Shown here in pieces: positions 54,576-64,000 of a DNA stretch of 64,000 nt. Position numbers and translations under genes: made by a program. Every line of letters begins with the position of its first letter. The stretch's first letter is position 1. The notes under the pieces were generated by a model. The model had not been told where the DNA came from. It did not search any database and worked only from the letters and a program-made list of their open reading frames with translations. Source of the stretch: Eledone cirrhosa (taxonomy: Eukaryota); NCBI GenBank assembly GCA_964016885.1, contig OZ024747.1, positions 15,252,001 to 15,316,000 of the forward strand, written 5' to 3'.

Positions 54576-55013
54576 ACGAAGGAAATGTGGTAAGGAACCA
54601 GGTGGACCATAACGCACCAAAGTACTCAATACTTGGGGTAGTAGAGTGGGTAATAGGAACCAGTAAGACCCCGACAGCTGAGCTCAAGCCGTTTCGACGG
54701 CTAATTCTGGACTAAATGAAAATTTATCCTGGTATTAGCCGATCTTCTCAAGGGGTAATTCCATATATGGTCAAAGTGATTGTCAAAAATCAGTAGTAAT
54801 TCTGTGATTGCAAATTAGTAGGGAAGATGGTGGCTAAACCTGCCAGTAGGAGAAAGAGGGGAGGGGGTGGAGTAGATCCAATCAAGCTACAGCTGGGCAT
54901 GAGGTCAAAGAAGATACTGGGGAGGGGGAGGGGGAGGAAGTCGGAACGGTAGGTAGAACAATGGGGGGTAAAAATATATATGAAAGAAAAAATACTGAGA
55001 GTGAAGAAAAGCG

Positions 55014-55496
55014 AATGAAGAACCGACCAGGAGGTGTAACTGTCCGGATAGATCCATTTGCCCACTCGACAATAGATGCAGAGACCGTAATGTGATCTAC
55101 CAGTGCAACGTGAGGACGGATACCTCCAACAAAGCCTATATAGGACTTACCGCATGTGACTTCAAGACCCGGCTATACCAACATAGACATACCTTCCGAA
55201 ACCCGGCCCGGCGTCACGCCACTACACTTTCGGGCCACATATGGGACCTCAAGGACAACAACATCACCTATGATCTCACTTGGAGATTACTGTCCAGAGC
55301 CAATTCTTACACGGGAGGACGCCGTCCGTGCAATTTATGCTCGGAGGAAACTTTACAAATGCTGTTTTCGACGGACCAACTCCTAAACAAGAAAGATGAA
55401 CTAGTTACTGCATGTAAACATAGATTGCGTAGGACTTACCTCGCCCTCAAACCCCATAATGACCCGGGGGGGGGGGGGGGTAGACTAGGGCTATAA
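55014..55496 (+). pseudogene. PLE GIY-YIG endonuclease fragment, Naiad/Chlamys-like
   Basis: Stop-free frame: CNCPDRSICPLDNRC (CxCx5Cx5C)..VIYQC..YIGLT..FKTRLYQH..LSGHIWDLK..CNLCSEE..LNKKDEL..CKH. Confidence 0.88.
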
Positions 55497-56601
55497 CACC
55501 CCACTTGCCGATTTTGCAATGGGTAACCCCTGCTTGCCAAGGGAGACGTAAGATCTTCTTTTTATTTTTTTATTCTTTTATCGCTTCCTTTATTTCCTTC
55601 CCCCCTTCTCTCCTTAGTCCTTCTACCCCAGCTCTTCTCCTTTGTTGGCGTCTTTTCTCGCCCACCCGAGGCTGCCCTTTGGCCCCTTGTAGCCTTAGTA
55701 CCCCCACCCCCTCCCCTAGTCTATGATAGATTTGGCGGACTCCGCCTTTTATAGCAGTTGGTTTAGACCCCGGATACTTGCCCCCTTTTTCCGACCGCTC
55801 CCACTATTCTCCGTGCCTTCTATATTTCTTAGTGGCACTTATGCCTCATTTTCTCGTTTCAGTATTTCTTTCTTCGTTTTTTTTTGGAGACGGGGTGGAT
55901 TCTGAATTTATTTTTCCGTATTCTACCTTTACTTCGTACGAACTTTCATGTAGCTTGTTTTAGATCTTTTAGAGTTAGCATTAGTATATATTTTTTTTCG
56001 GGACTCAGAATTATTATCTCGTACTAGTTCACTTTGCTGCACTGGGTGGTTGCTGGCATTGTGCCCGGGATAGAAACCTTTATTATTTATTTCGTGGTAG
56101 TCTCTTTAGTATTTTGGCCCCTTTTGTTGACCCGTCACCGTATCATTTACGTACTTATACCTCTTAAAAGGGTCCTTGCCTATCCGTCCCACCTAGTTCA
56201 TTTACTTATTTCGTTATTTCTTTATTTCTTTCTTTACTTCTTTCTTTCTTTATTTATTTATTTATTCTAGCCTAACAATAGCTAGAGACCTAGGTCGTAG
56301 AACTTGCTTTACTCTTTTCTTTACACTTATTTGCTTTTCTTCACTCTCAGTATTTTTTCTTTCATATATATTTTTACCCCCATTGTTCTACCTACCGTTC
56401 CGACTTTCCCCCCTCCCCCTCCCCAGTATCTTCTTTGACCTCATGCCCAGCTGTAGCTGGCACTACCAACGCTTGATTGGGTCTACTCCACCCCCTCCCC
56501 TCTTTCTCCTACTGGCAGGTTTAGCCACCATCTCCCCTACTAATTTGCAATCACAGAATTACTACTGATTTTTGACAATCACTTTGACCATATATGGAAT
56601 T

Positions 56602-56695
56602 ACCCCTTGAGAAGATCGGCTATTTAAATACCAGGATAAATTTTCATTTAGTCCAGAATTAGCCGTCGAAACGGCTTGAGCTCGGCCGTCGGGGT
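56602..56695 (+). ncRNA. Type I hammerhead, U3-A8 core, long stem II loop (mirror at 54668-54756 minus)
   Basis: acccc-TTGAGAA-ga(t)cggcta...tagccgtc-GAAA-cggct tgagctc ggccg-TC|ggggt. Confidence 0.8.
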
Positions 56696-56798
56696 CTTAC
56701 TGGTTCCTATATATTATATATATATATATTATATATATATGTGTATATATATATTTATATATATATACATATATACATATATATATATGTATATATAT

Positions 56799-56916
<118 letters not shown>

Positions 56917-58039
56917 ATATATAGATACATACATAATACGTCTATGTACAGGTGAAAGATACTTTTAAATTGAAAGTAATATATATCTTTGCCGCATATC
57001 TTCCCATATAAATGAACAAATATTTACAATATATTACACCATATACACATTTCAGATACCATAGTCTTTTGTTTTTACCGTCTACACATTGAATTCTTTA
57101 TATAATTCTTATTAAAATTCTGAAATATTCCCCATCTCTACCATCCCCACCTTAATCTCATCTATTGCCACCAACACCATTACCATCACCAATACAACCA
57201 ACAACACCAGAAACACCACAACTATTGCTTTCTATTACATATCGACCAAAATCTCTATTAACCCCTATCCTCCTAAAAAGGGACACAATAATTGATTTGA
57301 CGGTACATCAGGTCTGAAACATTTTGGTTGGTAATTGATGGATTGCGTTTTTCTCATAGACTTGCCTTTTTTGTCGGTAATGATGTGGTACTTAACAACA
57401 TCGCCCTCGTCACCAATCAAGTGGTATACCTCCACCTCCTCCAGATTATGTGAGTGAAGCTCGAAATAACAATAACAACAATAACAAACCATATAGTGTA
57501 CTCGATTTGCCGTGACTGGGAGGTTATTGATGACTAGATTCTAGATTCAAGCATGCTTTCGTTTGGCATACAAGTGTACACGTGGAAGCCAATCGGGAAA
57601 ACCTGTCAATGATGGATATCAGGTAGTATATCCAAATCTAATTCTGTTGAAAAATAAATACTTTCACAATTCCGAAATTCTTCTTTTTGCTGCACATGGC
57701 GTGATGCTATCACCAAACAATACACCTCAAAGAATTTGATCATATGGATCACACGTGTGCGGAATGCACCTACAACACCGTTTCAGAAAGGAGGCGCTGG
57801 GAAAATTCCAGTGATTTTTATATGGTTTATACTTCCACTCACCTCCCGAACAAAACATTGCTTGGTCATCTTCCGTATATCATGTCCAACGGTGCACTCA
57901 CCAAAGAGGTTCTCGGTAACACCACCAAACTTAATATCGACTGTGAGAATGAGACGGTACGAGCTGTCTGGGTTAATGGTTTATTTATTCTCTGTCAGAA
58001 TCCTGCATAATAAGGATTTTTAATTTAATAAGATCAGAA

Positions 58040-58170
58040 AATTTTAGGAGAGGTGAGTCGATTGAATCACCCCCAGTACTTGACTGGTACGTTATTTTCT
58101 CGACCATAAAAGGAAGAAAGGCAATGGTGACATCGGTGGAATTTCGTGCTAGAGAGCTGCCAATTCAGCC
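58040..58170 (-). mobile_element. tRNA-derived SINE fragment (Meta-domain-like)
   Basis: agtcgattgaatcacccccagtacttgactggtac..tcgacc..aaaggaagaaaggcaa. Confidence 0.75.
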
Positions 58171-58748
58171 TAAAAATGAAACTTTGACTATATGAAATGT
58201 AGTTCAATGATAAGTATCGTCATATCGGACCCTATGGCGAGCGTCATCCCTTAGAGGGAAAGTCAGGTAGTGTTTTTTGTGGTTGCCAGTTGCCCATGGC
58301 GATAGAAGTTGTATGGTAGATGTCTCTGAAAGTGGAGAAGACCTTCACGTTCCTCTTCGGCAAAGCCCTGATTAACTTTTCTTTAGATTTCACTTGAAGA
58401 GGAATATCATGGTGGAGAGGAATGTGCTGCTTTCCAGCCAATTTGTAGAAAGGCGTTTGAGAATGGTGAGCCTGGTCTGTGTGAATGTGCCTGCCTTGGG
58501 TATACTTCTGTAGAAACATTGTAAGGTGTTACTTTGCCCGAGCGGAGAGGACAACCGTGGATTTTTGTGGATTTTCTACTCGTGTGACCATCGGAGAACT
58601 TTGAGGAATTTGTTGTTTGTTTTGTTTTTTTAAATGTTTTTTTTCTTAGTCTCTGTTATAAAAAAAACATAGCCTTGCCTTGTGTCGTCTTTAAAGTTTT
58701 CTTAATGTGATTTCTGTGTGACTAATACAGGAATTATTATTAATGTTA

Positions 58749-58771
58749 CTAGTAATAGTAGTAATAGTAGC

Positions 58772-58825
<54 letters not shown>

Positions 58826-58898
58826 TGTAGTAGTAGTCGTAGTAGTAATAGTAGTAGTAGTAGTATAACAAAAGTAGCAGTAGTAGTAGTAGTAGCAG
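58749..58898. repeat. (TAG)n microsatellite, imperfect
   Basis: Direct inspection. Confidence 0.95.
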
Positions 58899-59466
58899 CA
58901 TTGTATACATGTTATACTATACACTATCATTTTATCATGAATATTACATACTATACATTATTATCGTCATTATATATTACTATATGCTATTATTATGATT
59001 GCTATACACACCATCATAGGCTTCATCATCATCATCATCATCATCATCCCCTCTATTATTATCATCATTCCAATCTCTTTAAAAGGGGGAATTTCAGAGA
59101 ATCATAAATAATAAATATTCCATTCTCTGATTCGTTCTATTTCCATTTCATCGGACAACAAATAGAGAAATAATTGATATTTTAGCTTTGAGCTTTTACA
59201 ACTTTCAATCATTTTGTATTAAGAATTCCTTGAGTTTCTTAAAATCTGTGTAGTTGCGAAAGATGTATTGTCAAGAAATAGATCGGACAGTTCTTGGAGA
59301 ACCAAGCATTTTATGACGAAAAAAAAATGAAGTCTATTTAGCCCTTTTCACCCTTCCTTGTTATAACCCAAATTCATTACGATCCTTTTATAAATTCTTT
59401 GTTCGGATTAACTTAACTCACAGGCGCACCTAGATATACTAAAACGTAAATACACGTAATTGTCGT

Positions 59467-59559
<93 letters not shown>

Positions 59560-59704
59560 ATAGATATAGATATATGTAAAGATATGTATATATGTAAAGA
59601 TATATATATATATATATATATCTTTACATATATGCAAAGATATATATGTTAAAATACATGTGTATATATACATACACCCACACACATATATATATATACA
59701 TATA

Positions 59705-59749
<45 letters not shown>

Positions 59750-59786
59750 ATATATATATATATAACATATATGTATATATACATAC

Positions 59787-59823
<37 letters not shown>

Positions 59824-60121
59824 TACATAGATGTATATATATATATTATGTGTGTGTGTATGTGTATATATGTGTGTATGATAATACTCATGTGTGTCTT
59901 CTGTTATACATACATACATCTACGCCTGTGCATGTGCATGTGTGTATGTGTGACGAGGTGTATAGTGTATGTGTATGATTGAGTATATAAAAGAAAATAG
60001 TACAATAAAATGACATATTGACACAGTTGGCATCCACAGTAAGGCTTCACTTCTTCTCGGCTAAACCATCACACAATTGGACATACATTTATTATATATA
60101 TATAAATACATATATATATAT

Positions 60122-60217
<96 letters not shown>

Positions 60218-60717
60218 ATATATATATATATGAAGGATAGAGAAAAGAGAGGCGCATACATACACATATGTGTATATGTAACCATATATATGTATGTGTG
60301 TGCGTGTCTTTGAAAGTCATGAATGCAAAGAAACTTCTATTGTTAAAGTCCAGCAGATACAATGATTTGTTGATGAACAAATGATAGAAAGCAATTTTGT
60401 CTTCATTTTTCTTCTCCTTTATAATAAGCATAGCAGAGCAAAATATTAACTTCTTCAAATAAAGATGACTAAAGAAGAAAAGTATCAACATTAGTTGATT
60501 TTAGAATTTTGTTTATAGATAAACACACATTCTTCTATATACATACAGGGAAATGTACGCACACGTAAATAGACAGATGCGTATGGCTACATATGTGATT
60601 TATTTATGTGGGTCTATGTATACAAGCATGTATGTGCGTGTGTTTAAGTATGTATGCATTTATACAAATACAAACAGCCGCACATATATACTTGCGTGCA
60701 CGCACACACACCTTATA

Positions 60718-60847
60718 TGTATGTATATATATATATAAATATAAATATATATATATGTATGTATATATATATATAAATATAAATATATATATATGTATGT
60801 ATATATATATATAAATATAAATATATATATATATAAATATAAATATA

Positions 60848-60942
<95 letters not shown>

Positions 60943-60974
60943 ATAATATATATATATATATATATATAATAATA

Positions 60975-61012
<38 letters not shown>

Positions 61013-61015
61013 TTA

Positions 61016-61110
<95 letters not shown>
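60718..61110. repeat. Long imperfect (TA)n tract (representative of dozens in the window)
   Basis: Direct inspection. Confidence 0.97.
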
Positions 61111-61112
<2 letters not shown>

Positions 61113-61307
61113 ATATATATGGTGGGTGAAGGCGAGTAATATTCCTCATCTCTATACATCCATTATGTTTATCCATACATACGAAAATATACTATCATAG
61201 ATTCCGAAACATTACTTGAAAGAGGACATTGATGAATAGTCTAAAATTGAATATATATTTCATATCGCTAATATATATATAAGTACACATAGGTACATAC
61301 AATCATA

Positions 61308-61355
<48 letters not shown>

Positions 61356-61543
61356 GCGCGTTATTATGAAAGGTCCTAAAGAACTAAGGAACATATGTTA
61401 TTAAGCAAATATTATAGTATGTGCATTGAAACTTAAACTTACTTTTCATAGTAATTTAGCAATACACCCTAACACACTACACTTATACACATTCATGCAA
61501 ATACATAGGTGTCTACTTATATATATATACACATATATATCTA

Positions 61544-61607
<64 letters not shown>

Positions 61608-61699
61608 ATTATGTGTGCCTGTGTATGTACACATATATATAATATGTACATATTATATAGATATTTATACATATGCATATATATATATATATGCATATA

Positions 61700-61782
<83 letters not shown>

Positions 61783-62737
61783 AGAGATAGATAGAGAATA
61801 GAGCCTGAGAAAGAGATGGGAAGAGAGAGTCTTGAGTATAAAAATATATGTAGGTATATGAAAATATATAAATGTATTTATATGTGAGTGAAAGCATCTC
61901 CGTTCTGTCTTTCCTTATCTTTGCTGTATCTTTCTTATTACATACATACGTATACAAACAGACAGGTAGACAGACTAGCATACTGTTATATATATATATA
62001 TATAGATCCATATATTCGTACTTACATAAATAAATATATATCTATATATCTACGTATGTATTTATTTACGTATATGTTTATTGATATATGAATAATTGAG
62101 TAAATTCCCAACAGAATATGTTATTCAGAAGATCTTTTGTCCATACTTTAAGCTACCTTACGATATTTTCCTCCTTATATCAACTTGAAAAGATGATCTA
62201 GGGCCAATATTTTTGAATACAAATCAAGAAATAGCTTGTCCATTATTTCTCTCTAGTCGTTCGTTAGAATATTACGATTGGCGGTATAACGATTGGACGG
62301 TTGTAGAAAAATGACCGTAGATAGCTCATTCACCAATATTATCAAATATAAGTGTGTTTGGGGAAAGGAAAAAAAAAAATATATGTATTTCAGAAGATGT
62401 CGAGTGTCTTGATCAGTTGCATTAGTACCAATTCTGAAGAATAACAACTTCTAAAGAAGAAATATAGAAAGTATAGTAAGAAGGAGAAAAAAATTGTTTA
62501 TTGGTTTAAAAGTAAATGATGTAAATGTAATTGGTTTTACCAATAATGCATATATAATCTGCACAAAGACACACGTATATACATAAACACCAACTCGGTC
62601 AACTTAGATCTGACATGGACATACGGTCGCTATGCATATTTATATCAATGTTTTAAAGAATCGGACTTCTGGATTTATGTATGTATGTATGTATGTATGT
62701 ATGTATGTATGTGCGTGTGTAAGAATGTATGTATGTT

Positions 62738-62793
<56 letters not shown>

Positions 62794-63122
62794 CGTGTGT
62801 CTGTGTGAAGTGTCTGTGTGTAGTTTCACAGGAAGAGAGAGAGTGGAAGAGTAGGGAAGGGGGAGGGTGATGTGTAGATGGGGAGTAGGTGACAAAAGTG
62901 ATGAGGAGCTTCATACAGAAGAAAAAGAAAATAAGACAGTGAAAATGGAATAGTGGAAGGGCTGGTGACCAATACAATACATTTTATAGGATCTGATTAC
63001 AGGAGAAAGAGAATGAAAGGAGACAAGGAGAGAATGAGAGATAGAGAGAGGGAGAAAGGTGTAGTAGAGAGAGAGAGAGAGAGAGAAATACATACATATA
63101 TATGTTGTAGATAGAGAGAGAG

Positions 63123-63170
<48 letters not shown>

Positions 63171-63404
63171 GTAGTAGAGGCAGAGAGAGAGAGAGAGAGT
63201 GGGGGAGGGGGGTCATATTGCTATAAGTAGCTTTCGAAGTTACAAATTGCTCTCATAATTGCTGGAGGTAAATAAAATTGATTAAAATGTTTGTTTTAAT
63301 GATAAACAGGACCTAGAAAATAAAGATATGTTTACCTGGCTTTAGAACAAGAGAAGCTTGAAATGAAGAAAAATTAACAAGAACAAAATAAAAATTGTTT
63401 CTAC

Positions 63405-63995
63405 TTTTGGCACAAGGCCAGCAATTATCCAGTACATTACTGGTACTTTATTTTATCGACCTCGTAAGGATGAAAGGCAAAGATAACCTCGACGAGATGT
63501 GAACTCAGACCGTAAAGGGGCGTAACTATGCTAGAAAGCATGGCGTCGAATACTCGACCGATACTGCCAATTCAACAATGATTGTTTCTACTTTTCACAC
63601 AAGACAGCAATTCACCCGGTGCATTACTGGTACTTAATTCTATCGATCCTGTAAAGATGAAAGGCAAGCTAACCTGGGCGGGATTTGAACTCAGAACGCT
63701 ATGGGCCATAACTCTATGTTGCAAAGCATGGCTTCCGGCCCTCTACTGATACTGCCAATCCACCGAACAAAACAACAACAATGATTTCTACTATAGGCAC
63801 AAGGCCAATCATTTGAAGGGGAGGGGAAAGCCGATTAAATTTACCCCAGTGTATTACTGATACTTTATTTTATCCACCCCGTAAGGATGAAAGGAAAAGT
63901 TATCCTCGGCGGGATTTGAACTGAGATCATAAAGGGCCGTAACACTATGCTGCAATGCATGGCGTCCGACCCTCTACCGATAGTGCCAATCCGAA
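63405..63995 (-). mobile_element. Head-to-tail array of 3 tRNA-derived SINEs (Meta-domain-like)
   Basis: Units ~63405-63572, 63595-63765 and 63793-63995; same subfamily features as 37783-38340. Confidence 0.85.
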
Positions 63996-64000
63996 CCAAA

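Larger units (their letters stand above)
54576..56709 (+). mobile_element. 5'-truncated Penelope-like retroelement (Naiad-like) with inverted 5' pLTR; parent of family A
   Basis: Inverted pLTR + tail 54576-~55013, endonuclease ORF fragment, long 3'UTR, forward pLTR 56333-56709. (TA)n on both sides. Confidence 0.9.

Overview
AT-rich, microsatellite-saturated eukaryotic DNA with no recognisable host gene. The SINE families, RTE-LINE type and repeat landscape suggest a cephalopod (octopus-like) genome; this is inference. Almost all ORFs in the track are translations of (TA)n/(CA)n tracts. The real coding content is transposon-derived: an intact 1013-aa RTE-clade LINE (APE endonuclease, RT, inserted PHD finger; 28067-31108, minus), an internally deleted and frameshifted Tx1/L1-type LINE (1-~3135, minus), two Penelope-like (PLE) GIY-YIG endonuclease fragments from different clades (11861-12366 minus; 55014-55496 plus), and relics of RTE, Ingi/Vingi, Chapaev3-like and Helitron elements. 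There are also many tRNA-derived SINEs. The most striking pattern is roughly 20 fold-back (inverted-repeat) elements from about 10 dissimilar families, each sitting between (TA)n tracts. Each usually has an extra 'tail' on only one arm, and many carry a type-I hammerhead ribozyme that can be folded by eye. The ribozyme cores include canonical CUGANGA plus variants UUGANAA (U3-A8), CCGAAGA and CUCAUGA. One family is physically linked to a Naiad-like GIY-YIG ORF and another to a Neptune/Nematis-like one. PLE hammerheads and inverted pseudo-LTRs are known. What deserves follow-up is their density, the core diversity, a shared tail motif (GAGTRC), and breakpoints that recur inside the ribozyme. 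All folds and family assignments were made by eye; no searches were run.
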